From positions 37,292 to 101,291 of the forward strand of contig JABLXH010000006.1 in the NCBI GenBank assembly GCA_013178155.1: a DNA stretch of 64,000 nt, read 5' to 3'. The stretch is from Armatimonadota bacterium (GTDB lineage: Bacteria; Armatimonadota; Zipacnadia; Zipacnadales; UBA11051). The position numbers and the translations under genes were made by a program. The notes beneath the pieces are model-generated. The model saw only the letters and a list, made by a program, of their open reading frames with translations, had not been told where the DNA came from and did not search any database. Below are positions 1 through 8,688 of this stretch, piece by piece. The first letter of the stretch is position 1; each line of letters begins with the position of its first letter.

Positions 1-645
1 GAGTCTGCCCGTCAGTTCGTGCAGCAGTCGCAAGGTGTCCTGATCTGTGGTCAAGGCTGCGATGCGGGCCAGATTGGGGGCCAGCAGGTCGTTGGGATCC
101 AGTTCGCTGGTTCTCAGGATCTCCCGCACGCGCTCCCACTCACCTGCCTCCCCCAGAGTGGCCAGCAGGTTAGCGGAAGCCTCCGGGTTTCCCTCACGTG
201 ACACTTCGGCGAACACTTCGGCTGCCGGGGCGTAATCGCCGCTCAGAAAGCCCACCACCGCCCGGTCGTTGCGGTCGCCCTCCGCTCCAATCTCCGCCAC
301 TTTCCGCCGCGCCATGGCCGCCAGCACCTCGGCCCGGTCCAGGTACTGTCGCAGGAGCAGGCGATGCCACTGCTTGCTGAAAAAGTGCCAGATCACCCGC
401 GGCAAGATCACCGCGATGACGCCCAGACAGCCACCAACGGCCGCGTAGACGACGTAGAGCTGCCAGGAGCGGCTATGCATCATCAGCCAGACATAGGCCG
501 CGAACAGCGTCGCACCACCAAGAAAGCCGGCAAGCGTCAATGCCAGTCGCCAGCGACCTCGCGGCAGCATCGGCTTGGCTTCAAGAACGGCTTGTTCCAG
601 CAACCCACGACCTTGCACGGGGCCGATATCGAAGAGCACACGCAT
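1..645 (-). CDS. hypothetical membrane protein; start codon in window, 3' end runs off the window start
   Basis: Absent from the ORF track because there is no in-window stop. Reading the minus strand from the ATG (complement of 643-645), with GGGAGAGG 7 nt upstream as RBS, gives MRVLFDIGPVQGRGLLEQAVLEAKPMLPRGRWRLALTLAGFLGGATLFAAYVWLMMHSRSWQLYVVYAAVGGCLGVIAVILPRVIWHFF... The frame stays open to position 1 and contains two hydrophobic TM-like segments. An in-frame upstream ATG at 688-690 is an alternative start. Confidence 0.4.
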   Translation of the reverse strand, partial: MRVLFDIGPVQGRGLLEQAVLEAKPMLPRGRWRLALTLAGFLGGATLFAAYVWLMMHSRSWQLYVVYAAVGGCLGVIAVILPRVIWHFFSKQWHRLLLRQYLDRAEVLAAMARRKVAEIGAEGDRNDRAVVGFLSGDYAPAAEVFAEVSREGNPEASANLLATLGEAGEWERVREILRTSELDPNDLLAPNLARIAALTTDQDTLRLLHELTGRL

Positions 646-779
646 AGCAGCACCTCTCCCAGTGGTCGCCCCCGGAGAACCGCGTTGCATCTCTTATTCT
701 ATCCACAACGCGTACAATTCTATCCAGAAATCGTTCGCCCTCTCTTAAGTGGAGGGTCTGCACTCCCTGTGCGGCCTGG

Positions 780-809
780 TTGACGGCCCCGACGCTGGGC
801 GCCTATACT
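780..809 (+). promoter_or_regulatory. sigma70-like promoter (-35 TTGACG, 18-nt spacer, -10 TATACT)
   Basis: TTGACG at 780-785 and TATACT at 804-809 were read directly from the sequence. A GGAGG at 824-828 and an in-frame TTG at 836-838 follow. Confidence 0.35.
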
Positions 810-835
810 GTCGGCCAGTGTCCGGAGGCTCTCCC

Positions 836-1417
836 TTGCAGCGACGTCATCTGCTCCTGCTTGTTGCCACCATAGCCGTCGTCCTGGTAGCCGCAGTGGC
901 CATCTGGTCTCGTGTCGGGGGCCCCACGGTGCCCGCATCCGGGACGGCCATTGCGCCCATGATGGCCGACAGTGACGGCCCAGCGCCAAAGCCCGCTTCG
1001 CCGGACGACGATGCGTCTGAAACCCCTTCGGCCACAGGCAGCAGACCAGGGTCCACGTCGCCGGAGCCCGTCATGCCCCCCCTCGTTCCTGGCAATCCGC
1101 TCACAGACGAGCAGTTCGCCGCCATCTCGGCCCGAATTGTCATTGCCAGTGTCGGACTGAAGCATGAACAGGATTGGGAGAAGCTGGTGCTGGACTACAT
1201 GGCACAGGAACTCGCCAGGGAGAAGATCACCGCCGACCAGTACAATGAGTACGCCCAAGCCCTCTATGCCAACCCGGACCGCGGTCGCGCCATGGCCGAG
1301 AACATCATGCGCCGTGTCGAGCAGAAGCTCGGCACGCGGGTGGACGTCAAGGTTCTGCCCACGTTTGGCCTCGACCCGGCGGAGATGAAGAAACTCCAGC
1401 AGAAGCTCAAGGAGTAG
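836..1417 (+). CDS. hypothetical membrane-anchored protein with a Pro/Ser-rich linker
   Basis: The track ORF 749..1417 is trimmed to an in-frame TTG at 836, preceded by GGAGG 7 nt upstream and by the promoter. The product begins QRRHLLLLVATIAVVLVAAVAIW (N-terminal TM anchor), continues through a low-complexity PAPKPASPDDDASETPSATGS linker, and ends in a charged helical C-terminal domain. Confidence 0.5.
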   Translation: MQRRHLLLLVATIAVVLVAAVAIWSRVGGPTVPASGTAIAPMMADSDGPAPKPASPDDDASETPSATGSRPGSTSPEPVMPPLVPGNPLTDEQFAAISARIVIASVGLKHEQDWEKLVLDYMAQELAREKITADQYNEYAQALYANPDRGRAMAENIMRRVEQKLGTRVDVKVLPTFGLDPAEMKKLQQKLKE

Positions 1418-2207
1418 CTATCCCCTCGCAGGCCGCCACGAAGTCTGGCGACGTCGCTGACCAGCCCCACTTGGTCTCGATCTCCCGGATCGTCATCTTG
1501 GTCATCAGCAGGTCATCCACCGTGTCCGCCGACTCGATCCCCGTGGTTGCGTCCCGCAGCAGGATGATGTTGTAGCCCCGCTGGTTCATCTGCATGATCC
1601 CGTAGTCCCGGCCGATGAGACACCAGTTGGCGCAGAACCCGGCGTAAACCAGGTGCAGGATACAGCGCTCTTCCAGTACCGCGTGCATCTCGGGGCCGGA
1701 GGAGATAACGAGGTCGTCGCCCGCCGGCCGCACCGGCTCGGCAATATCCAGAGCGGTCTCATACCACTGGTAGATCCCTGGCAGCCGCGGCTCCTGTGGA
1801 CGCCCGAAGGCGGCCCATTCGCCACTCCGGTAGATGTGTCTGAAACCCTCTGGAGGCCAACTGGCGGGCTCCACGGGCGGCTCGGCCAGCTCCGCCTTCG
1901 CGGTCTGGTACCCTCTCTTCTGGACGATCCAGGGCGAAGGCGCGTGGATGATCGTGACGCCCGCCGTGCGCGCGGCCTGCAGGGTGGGCACGATCCTCTC
2001 CGCGACGATCTGCTTGATACGCCGCACCATGCTGTCAATGTAATGCACGCTCCAGACGTCCACGAGCACCAGGGCCGTCTGCTCCACCGGCAGCGGCAGC
2101 GTCCGCTCCACGAACCCGAAGTTGCTTTCCTCGCTGGGCACGTCCGGGTCAGTAAAGACGCGGTAGTAGCGGCAGAGCAGGTCAAGGACGGAGTCGCGCC
2201 TGGTCAT
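1407..2207 (-). CDS. isochorismatase-family cysteine hydrolase
   Basis: Core motifs of the isochorismatase fold are present: ALVLVDVW (Asp), and GFCANWCLIGRDYGIMQMNQRGYNIILLRDATTG (Cys nucleophile). The track ORF extends to 2513 only by translating the tandem-repeat DNA (YRGLAGFIKGYQGLARVIKG...). It is trimmed here to ATG at 2205-2207 (MTRRDSVLDLL...). Alternative starts at 2258 or 2291 are possible. Confidence 0.5.
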   Translation of the reverse strand: MTRRDSVLDLLCRYYRVFTDPDVPSEESNFGFVERTLPLPVEQTALVLVDVWSVHYIDSMVRRIKQIVAERIVPTLQAARTAGVTIIHAPSPWIVQKRGYQTAKAELAEPPVEPASWPPEGFRHIYRSGEWAAFGRPQEPRLPGIYQWYETALDIAEPVRPAGDDLVISSGPEMHAVLEERCILHLVYAGFCANWCLIGRDYGIMQMNQRGYNIILLRDATTGIESADTVDDLLMTKMTIREIETKWGWSATSPDFVAACEGIATP

Positions 2208-2369
2208 TGCAAGGACCTCACGCAGGAATGAGGCGACCCCAGAGATTCCCGCCGGCATGAGGAGGAACCTGCCTGCCTGCGGCGGATCCATTGACAGCGC
2301 CCCGCGGGCTTGCTCGCCTTCGGGGGGAGCCTCCCGGCGAGCGCACAGGCCAGCGTCGCCTCCCACCCC

Positions 2370-2470
2370 GGCAACCCCTGGCAACCCTCGGTAACCCTTG
2401 CTAACCTTCGGTAACCCCTTGATAACCCTCGCTAACCCTTGATAACCCTTGATGAAACCCGCTAACCCCC
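2370..2470. repeat. tandem array of about 10 decamer units, consensus GNTAACCCTY; on the gene strand RAGGGTTANC, telomere-like and G-tract periodic
   Basis: Read directly: ggcaacccct ggcaaccctc ggtaaccctt gctaaccttc ggtaacccctt gataaccctc gctaaccctt gataaccctt gatgaaaccc gctaaccccc. The period is 10 bp, with one 11-bp unit. The array is intergenic, between two minus-strand genes. Confidence 0.8.
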
Positions 2471-2477
2471 GGTAGCC

Positions 2478-2532
2478 GGGGCTTCCAGCCCCGGGACAAA
2501 CCCTCAGAGCCACGGGCGGGGCTGGAAGCCCC
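2478..2532 (-). terminator. perfect 15-bp-stem hairpin (ggggcttccagcccc ... ggggctggaagcccc, 25-nt loop) downstream of the URO-D-like gene; terminator-like but lacks a U-tract
   Basis: The inverted repeat was read directly and is immediately 3' of the minus-strand gene ending at 2603. No T-run follows on the transcript strand, so it could also be another structured element such as a REP-like element or a protein-binding palindrome. Confidence 0.3.
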
Positions 2533-2602
2533 GCCTACCGCCACCGAGGGGGACCCGACTCCCAACAAGCCAACCGACCGCCGGCAACCAGCAACCGCCC
2601 TC

Positions 2603-3631
2603 CTACCGATACTTCCGCACCGCCTCGAACAGCGCCTCGACGTTCTCCCACGGGAAGCCGTTATCTATCTCGATGTACAGCCAACTCCCGCCCTCCTGCG
2701 GGCGGAAGGCAGCGACCAGGTCGTCCACGTGCTTCGTCACGGCCTCCGGCGTGCCGAAGGTCATGACGTGTGAGCGTTCCGGGTGAAGCTGGATGGCCAT
2801 ACCCAACTCCCGGCAGCGGGCGCGCAGGGCGGGCCAGTCGTACAGGTTGATTTGCGGCCAGAGGGCGTTGACGCCCAGCTCGGCGAGATCGGGCAGCAGG
2901 TCCCAGACCTGGCCGCAGGTGTGGAAGAAGATGTCCAGTCCAGCTTCGCGGGCGGGTTCCAGGATATACTGGTAGCGGGGCAGGAAGAAGCGCCGGAACA
3001 TGTCCCGGGAGATCATCAGGGCTTCCTGGGTGCCCAGGTCGTCGCCAATCTGCACGCCGTCCACCCCGGCCGCCACGTAGTACTCCATCACCCCGCGGTC
3101 ATGCTCGGCGATCATGTCCGCCACCTTGTTGATCTCCGCCGAGTTCAGGGCCAGATCCACCATGCAGTCCTCGAAGCGCCGCACGGCCCGCATGACTTCC
3201 AGGATGCTGCCCCAGCCCGCCCGCAGGTAGTAGGTCTCACGGTGCTGGCGCAGGCTCTCCTTGACCACCTCAAACTCTGGCCCCGAGGGCGTCGGGGGTG
3301 TGGGCGTCTGCCAGGTCTCCAGCGCCGCCCAGTCGTCCAGCGGGTTCTTCTCGGGGTGTCCCCAGATGCCGAACACGAGATGCTTCCACACCACACCCCA
3401 GGCGTCGGTCCGCAGTTCGCAGTAGCTGCCATCGGGCTGGATGAACTGCGGGTCCGGGTCGGGGATCGGCAGGTTTGAGAAGTCGCCGAAGTCATGCGGG
3501 GTGTCACGGAAGAGCGCCTGCAGCTTCTCTCGGTGTTCGTGCATGCCGGCTGTGGACGGGTGGCACTCCAGGCAGACGATGTCAGGAGGCTGGAAGTCCA
3601 GCATGGCTCTCACGCGTTCGCGGGGCAACAT
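2603..3631 (-). CDS. uroporphyrinogen decarboxylase (URO-D)/MtaA-like family protein
   Basis: N-terminus MLPRERVRAMLDFQPPDIVCLE matches the URO-D family start (M..ER..AL.....DR.P). The length is 342 aa, consistent with a TIM-barrel. This family commonly has unknown function in glycan-degradation loci. Confidence 0.5.
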   Translation of the reverse strand: MLPRERVRAMLDFQPPDIVCLECHPSTAGMHEHREKLQALFRDTPHDFGDFSNLPIPDPDPQFIQPDGSYCELRTDAWGVVWKHLVFGIWGHPEKNPLDDWAALETWQTPTPPTPSGPEFEVVKESLRQHRETYYLRAGWGSILEVMRAVRRFEDCMVDLALNSAEINKVADMIAEHDRGVMEYYVAAGVDGVQIGDDLGTQEALMISRDMFRRFFLPRYQYILEPAREAGLDIFFHTCGQVWDLLPDLAELGVNALWPQINLYDWPALRARCRELGMAIQLHPERSHVMTFGTPEAVTKHVDDLVAAFRPQEGGSWLYIEIDNGFPWENVEALFEAVRKYR

Positions 3632-3640
3632 GGACAGACC

Positions 3641-4606
3641 TCACTGGATGCTGGTTAACGGCGGTTCGGTCGGCAACTCCACCCGGCAGCCCTCACGGGC
3701 GGATTCCAGCGCTCCCACAGCCGTGACCAGAGCCTGTCGCGCGGCGGTCAGGCTGACCAGGGGCTCAGCGCCGCCGAACATGCAGTCCACCAGGTGGACC
3801 ACCATCTCGCGTCGGGCCCAGGCCTGGACGTCGGGCGGGTTTCTCACTTTGAGCGGGTGGAAGTCGTCGGCCGAGACGAAGATCAGGGGCCATTCATCCT
3901 CCGGGTTGTCGCGCAGGACCAGTGAGCCCTGGGTGCCCACCAGCCGGCGCTCACAGGAGGGGCGGTCGGCTGCCGCCCCATGGCAAAGAGTCACGGTCCC
4001 CATGACCGAATCGGCGAACTCCAGGCTGACCAGCGTCGCCGCCTGGCCGGCCGTCGCGGTGACGGCGTGGGCCGGGCCCAGCAGATGCTGCAGCAGTCCG
4101 AAGGGCTGCACGAGGGCCGCGAGCAGGCTCGCCGGAGCTTGCGGTTGCAGGGCCAGGATGGACATGAACACCGGCCCTCGGAACTCCCCGCTGTCCAGCA
4201 GAGCCTTCGCCTTCACCACCGCTGGCAGGATCGGCTCGTGGAGTGCGCACAGCAGCCGCCGGCCCATGACATCGGCCACGTGGACCATCTCATCGGCCTC
4301 CGTCACCGTCTCAGCCAGGGGCGCCGGGCAGAGGACGTCTTTGCCCGCGCGCAGGGCGGCGTTCGCCACGCCGGGCTGCTCCCGAAGCGGGACGCTCAGG
4401 CTGACCAGCGCCACCTCCGGCTCAGACAGAGCCCGCTGTGCATCGTCCGCGACCTCCCGGATGATGCCGAAGCGATCCCTCAGTGCTGCCCCGGCCTCCC
4501 CTGCGGCAGCCAGGATCACGCGGTTCACGTGCGGGCTCCGCACGTACCCGGCCAGGAAGTCGGCAGCGGAAGCCTCAGCGCCGATGTGCAGAACGGTATG
4601 CGGCAT
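3641..4606 (-). CDS. Gfo/Idh/MocA family NAD(P)-dependent oxidoreductase
   Basis: 321 aa with an N-terminal Rossmann region (HIGAEASAADFLAGYVRSPHVNRVILAAAGE...). The overall pattern matches the other two Gfo/Idh/MocA paralogs in the window. Confidence 0.55.
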   Translation of the reverse strand: MPHTVLHIGAEASAADFLAGYVRSPHVNRVILAAAGEAGAALRDRFGIIREVADDAQRALSEPEVALVSLSVPLREQPGVANAALRAGKDVLCPAPLAETVTEADEMVHVADVMGRRLLCALHEPILPAVVKAKALLDSGEFRGPVFMSILALQPQAPASLLAALVQPFGLLQHLLGPAHAVTATAGQAATLVSLEFADSVMGTVTLCHGAAADRPSCERRLVGTQGSLVLRDNPEDEWPLIFVSADDFHPLKVRNPPDVQAWARREMVVHLVDCMFGGAEPLVSLTAARQALVTAVGALESAREGCRVELPTEPPLTSIQ

Positions 4607-4627
4607 GGGCGTTACCTCAGTGCGGAC

Positions 4628-5719
4628 TCAGTTCGGAGCAAACTCAACCCCATCGCGGGTGACGCGCAGGAACCGGGCGCGGATGGATGAGCCCTCGCCC
4701 TCCTCGTAGTACACGATGAGCACACGGCCGTCGGGCAGTTCCGCGAGGCTCGGGTAGGCGCCGATGACGCTATCGACCTCGAAGTTTTCACTCCAGGTCT
4801 CACCCTCATCGAGGCTGTAGTGCAGCGACGTGTTCGGCAGGCGGTGAGCCACCAGCAGGATGCCCTGGGAGGTGCGCAGTAGATAGGGTGCGTGGCCGGG
4901 GAAGCCGATAGGCACGCTCTTTGTCCACGTCTTGCCGCCATCGTGCGAGACCGAGCGCCACATGATGTTGTCGCCGCGATTGGAGCGCATCACGCACAGC
5001 AGGCTGCCGTCCGGCCGGGCGATGACATCCGGCTCGTCGTTGTCATCGTTCTCGGCGTCCAGCATGTAGGGCTCGCTCCAGGTGTGCCCGCCATCTTGCG
5101 ACAGGATCATCAATGTCCAGACGCGCAGCGGGTCTGGCAGCTCCTTGTAGATGGGCATGATCAGGGTGCCGTCCGGCAGTTCGCGGATGGGTGCGGAGAC
5201 GCCGTAGTAGGCGCCGGCAGTGGAGGGGATCAGCTCGGGCTGGCTCCAGGTGTGGCCGTCATCGGTGGAGCGGACGGTCCAGATCTCCTTGTAGCGAACC
5301 CCATCGCCCGGTCGTCGGGTGCGGCTGCCGACATAGTAGGTGAACCAGTTGCAGATGAGGGTCCCGTCGCGGAGTTGGCAGATGTGCGGATCCCGGTCGT
5401 CCCAGGGCGTGTCGGCTACGGTGAAGGGGGGGCTCCAGCTCGCGCCGTTGTCCGTGGAGCGCACCGCGCAGACCCGGGCCCCGTTGGGCAGGTCGTCGGT
5501 CGGCAGGGAGATGTGCGAGTACCCGGCGTAGAAGACGCAGAGCAGGTCGCCATTTTGCAGGCGAACCACATCGGGGAAGGCCTCGTAGCCACCGGCTCCG
5601 GCGTCGTGGCAGATGACCTGGTAGCTGGCTGTAGACATGGCGGCCTCCTCGGCGAGGGCGACAGCTGCGGTGCAGATGGCCGCGACGACCATGGCGATGA
5701 AGGGGCTAGTCGATGCCAA
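4628..5719 (-). CDS. secreted BNR/Asp-box repeat exo-alpha-sialidase-like glycosyl hydrolase (GH33-like)
   Basis: Signal peptide MASTSPFIAMVVAAICTAAVALA. Five Asp-box motifs (S-x-D-x-G-x-T-W) are present: STDNGASW, STDDGHTW, SQDGGHTW, SHDGGKTW, SLDEGETW. Confidence 0.6.
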   Translation of the reverse strand: MASTSPFIAMVVAAICTAAVALAEEAAMSTASYQVICHDAGAGGYEAFPDVVRLQNGDLLCVFYAGYSHISLPTDDLPNGARVCAVRSTDNGASWSPPFTVADTPWDDRDPHICQLRDGTLICNWFTYYVGSRTRRPGDGVRYKEIWTVRSTDDGHTWSQPELIPSTAGAYYGVSAPIRELPDGTLIMPIYKELPDPLRVWTLMILSQDGGHTWSEPYMLDAENDDNDEPDVIARPDGSLLCVMRSNRGDNIMWRSVSHDGGKTWTKSVPIGFPGHAPYLLRTSQGILLVAHRLPNTSLHYSLDEGETWSENFEVDSVIGAYPSLAELPDGRVLIVYYEEGEGSSIRARFLRVTRDGVEFAPN

Positions 5720-7955
5720 ACAGCCTCACCTCCGCAGGACGCAGCCGCAGTGTGAAGCGGTTGTCGCCGGCGCAGACAACCTCGCCGGTGAACAGATCGG
5801 TCACCGTGCAGCGGCGGGGCATCCGCACCGTCGCCGGGCCGCCGCGCTGATCCGCGCCGATGGTGAGTGTGTGGGCGTTAGCGAAGAGCAGGTGGCGCGT
5901 ACTGCTGTCGTAGATGTGAACCCCGGCCTGGTGAGCAAGGCGCTTGAGCAGCGTTCGAGGCAGGGGTGAAGCCGAGGCGTAGACCGAGGTCCAGTCCGCG
6001 AACGCCTTGCGGGCCACGATCACTGCGGCTGGGTCATCGGCCAGGGCCGCCAGCGGCTCCGCCTCCGGATCGTCCACCGTGAACCGTGCCCCGGCGGGGA
6101 CGCGCAGACGACCGCGATCAGCCACGGCCTCTGTCGCCTCGTGGTGCGCCGGATCGGCCTCGACGGCAATGCCGGTTAGTTCGCGGATGTTGGCGGTCTC
6201 CACGCCTGCCTCGTCCATGTACCCGGTGCCGTAGCACCAGACGATAGTGCGGCCGTCGCGTTTCAGGTGGCGGCGGATTGCGGCACGCTGGGCCCGGTCC
6301 AGGCGAAAGGCGTTCAGCACCAGCACCAGCCGGTACCGGCTCAGGTCCAGCATCCCCAGGTCTGCCAGGAGCGCCGTGTCATAGGGTGCGACGAAGGGCA
6401 TCTCCGCCACCTGGGCGCTCAGCAGTGTGGTCAACAGCGGGCTGCGGAAAGTCAGGTAGTGCTCTGATGGCTCGTCCATGAGCAGGAGCACCTGGGCGTT
6501 GGAGCACCGGTTGGGCTGGGCGAGAACCTGCGCGCGAATCTCTCCCAGGCGCTTGACCCCGGCCATGATCTCCGGGTCGTCATAGTAGCCGCCGTGAATG
6601 TCGAAGTGCGCGGTCTGCACGCCCTGGGCCAGGGTCATCCCGATCTCGCGCCGGCACATCCACACGAACTGCTCCGGCGTCTGGGTCAGGCCCATGGTCC
6701 ATTCCCAGTTCTTCAGGTTCGGGTCGTCCTTGAGCTTCTCGTAGTACTTGTAGCTCACCTGGTCGAAGTCGTTCCAGAAGAGCTTCCCGTGCCGCGCCAG
6801 GGACTGCACCGGGGCGCGAAAGTACGGCTGGCCCGGCAGGTTGCGGTTGAAGTAGCTGGAGGGCGCCATGAGGAAGTCAATGTCCGGGCAGCGTTCCAGC
6901 TTGTCCACCGCCAGGTGGCCCGCATCCTCGCCCAGTTCGGTGAACTCGAAGGTGTAGGCATAGAAGGCCCCAACGACCTGTCGCCGGTGCGTTGCGGCCT
7001 TCACCGCCCCGGCGAAGTCGGCGATGGTGTCGGCCATGATGTCGGACCAGAAGTCATGGAAGTCAATGACCGGGGCTTCGCGGAGGGGGTCACGGAAGGT
7101 CGCCGTGCGCGGCACGGCATCAAACCCCGAGGGCGGTCCAGCGGGTCGGCCTCCCCGGCGCGTGTCCGCCGAAGGAATGGCGGCGGTCGGGAGAGTCACC
7201 GCGTCATCGCGCCAGGCCCGGCGCAGGGCGGCGTCGGTGCGGTATTTGGCCCGCAGCCAGTCCCGAAAGGCACCCACCATCGGGGCGCTATAGTCGCCCA
7301 GCAGCGGGGCGTTCATGCTCCAGTGGTACCATTCCTCGGTCTTCTGGCCCGAGAGCTGATAGCCGATGACGCGATCGCCATAATCGGACGCCTGGACGTG
7401 GGCAATGATCGTCCGCAGGGCGTGCTTCATGTCCTCGCGCCAGCGCTGGGAGGCCAGGGAGGGGTACGGCCCGGAGCGCGACAGGGCATAGAGCTTCTCG
7501 CCGAAATCGGTGGCCCCGTTCTCCAGCACCATTAGCTCGCCGGGGTTCTCAGCCATCCACCACGCCGGGGCGTCAATGTAGATACGCGGCAGCAGGTAGG
7601 CGTTGGGTGCGTTGCTCAGGATGGTGTGGGCGCGGGCGTCCAGCTCGCGGAAGTCCCACTGCTCACGGCTGACCCACATCGGCGGCGAGTAGCCGTAACC
7701 GCTGATCTCGACCACGAAGTTGAAGACGTCGCAGCCCGCCGCCGCGAAGGCCGCCGCGCGCCGCCCCATGCGCTCGGGGTTGGTGTCATAGGTGGCGTAG
7801 GCGAGGCCCGAGTGGGGCTGGCCGTTGACCACGAAAGCGGGCGCGCCGCCGATGAGCCGGACCTCGGAGGTGGCGGCTCTCGCAGAGCTGCAGAGCGCGA
7901 TCAACAGCAGCGCCAAGCCCAATCCAGCCATGACTACCTCCTGCGTAGTGTCCAC
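5706..7955 (-). CDS. secreted putative glycoside hydrolase (beta-galactosidase-like TIM-barrel plus trimerisation-like domain), 749 aa
   Basis: Signal peptide MAGLGLALLLIALCSSARA. Large multi-domain protein. The family assignment is from general resemblance only. Confidence 0.35.
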   Translation of the reverse strand: MDTTQEVVMAGLGLALLLIALCSSARAATSEVRLIGGAPAFVVNGQPHSGLAYATYDTNPERMGRRAAAFAAAGCDVFNFVVEISGYGYSPPMWVSREQWDFRELDARAHTILSNAPNAYLLPRIYIDAPAWWMAENPGELMVLENGATDFGEKLYALSRSGPYPSLASQRWREDMKHALRTIIAHVQASDYGDRVIGYQLSGQKTEEWYHWSMNAPLLGDYSAPMVGAFRDWLRAKYRTDAALRRAWRDDAVTLPTAAIPSADTRRGGRPAGPPSGFDAVPRTATFRDPLREAPVIDFHDFWSDIMADTIADFAGAVKAATHRRQVVGAFYAYTFEFTELGEDAGHLAVDKLERCPDIDFLMAPSSYFNRNLPGQPYFRAPVQSLARHGKLFWNDFDQVSYKYYEKLKDDPNLKNWEWTMGLTQTPEQFVWMCRREIGMTLAQGVQTAHFDIHGGYYDDPEIMAGVKRLGEIRAQVLAQPNRCSNAQVLLLMDEPSEHYLTFRSPLLTTLLSAQVAEMPFVAPYDTALLADLGMLDLSRYRLVLVLNAFRLDRAQRAAIRRHLKRDGRTIVWCYGTGYMDEAGVETANIRELTGIAVEADPAHHEATEAVADRGRLRVPAGARFTVDDPEAEPLAALADDPAAVIVARKAFADWTSVYASASPLPRTLLKRLAHQAGVHIYDSSTRHLLFANAHTLTIGADQRGGPATVRMPRRCTVTDLFTGEVVCAGDNRFTLRLRPAEVRLFGID

Positions 7956-8007
7956 CGTAGTGCGCTAACTTCCTGGTGCTGTCAGAGGTAGGACCGTCTC
8001 TCGCGCA

Positions 8008-8688
8008 TCAGTCACGCCGCTCGATGACAACGGTCCACGGGCCAGACGCTTCTATCTTGAGGTAGTGGTCCTCGGCCGCCATCTCCGGGTAGTAAGTATC
8101 CTTTCCCGGCCCGATCTCGTTGACGAGTAGGCGGGAGTCTTCACCGCCGCTATCACATAGATAGACCACGAAGTTGTCGCGCGTCTGACATGACCACCTA
8201 ACACGCCAAGGCATCGGGCATGAGAACCGCGTGGTAACTTGGTTCCCCGAACCGTGTAGCGAAGCCACATCGGGCCAGTTAGTCGTGTCTAGCGTTGGGG
8301 CAGAGACTTCGCCTGCTGGAATCAGCGCCGTGCTCACATCGCCAGTCTGTGTGCGTTCCGGTGGTACTTCCGTGACTACGAGGCAACCACGCCACAACAC
8401 CCAGATGACAAGAAGCCCGAGCAGCACCTTGGCGAGACCAATGGTGGCCTTCCCGAGGTTGTTCAAGGCACCAAAGAGGGTCTCCGTAGGTGGGCCAGGT
8501 TCAGGCGTCGTCCGGGGCAACGCGGACATACTATCTTGGGTCTGTGCCTCAGGCCTGCGGCGTTGTACGGCACAGCGCAGGCACCGATCAGACTCGGCTT
8601 CATTCTGACGACCGCAGACGCGGCATGTCCAGTCTACGTCGTCGTGATCCGTTGTCGGGCCAGTCTCCGGTTGTGACTGCGTCTCCAT
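8008..8688 (-). CDS. candidate independent CDS: zinc-ribbon (CxxC-x12-CxxC), single TM, Cys-containing extracytoplasmic domain
   Basis: An internal ATG ATG at 8691-8686 (minus) is preceded by GGGGAGAG. The product reads MMETQ...WTCRVCGRQNEAESDRCLRCAV... then TM ATIGLAKVLLGLLVIWVLW... then a C-terminal domain. Confidence 0.4.
   Translation of the reverse strand: METQSQPETGPTTDHDDVDWTCRVCGRQNEAESDRCLRCAVQRRRPEAQTQDSMSALPRTTPEPGPPTETLFGALNNLGKATIGLAKVLLGLLVIWVLWRGCLVVTEVPPERTQTGDVSTALIPAGEVSAPTLDTTNWPDVASLHGSGNQVTTRFSCPMPWRVRWSCQTRDNFVVYLCDSGGEDSRLLVNEIGPGKDTYYPEMAAEDHYLKIEASGPWTVVIERRD

Noticed and set aside
2370-2470. Chromosome-end telomere interpretation of the TAACCC-containing repeats.
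   Set aside because: The unit is 10 bp rather than 6, there are only about 10 copies, and the array is internal between two intact genes. A regulatory or structural minisatellite is far more likely.
2208-2513. N-terminal extension of the isochorismatase ORF across the decamer array (translates to YRGLAGFIKGYQGLARVIKGLPKVSKGYRGLPGV).
   Set aside because: The peptide periodicity simply mirrors the DNA repeat. The true start with an RBS is at 2207.
2478-2532. Calling the 15-bp hairpin a canonical intrinsic terminator.
   Set aside because: No U-tract follows on the transcript strand, and the loop is 25 nt. It is kept only as a low-confidence terminator-like or REP-like element.
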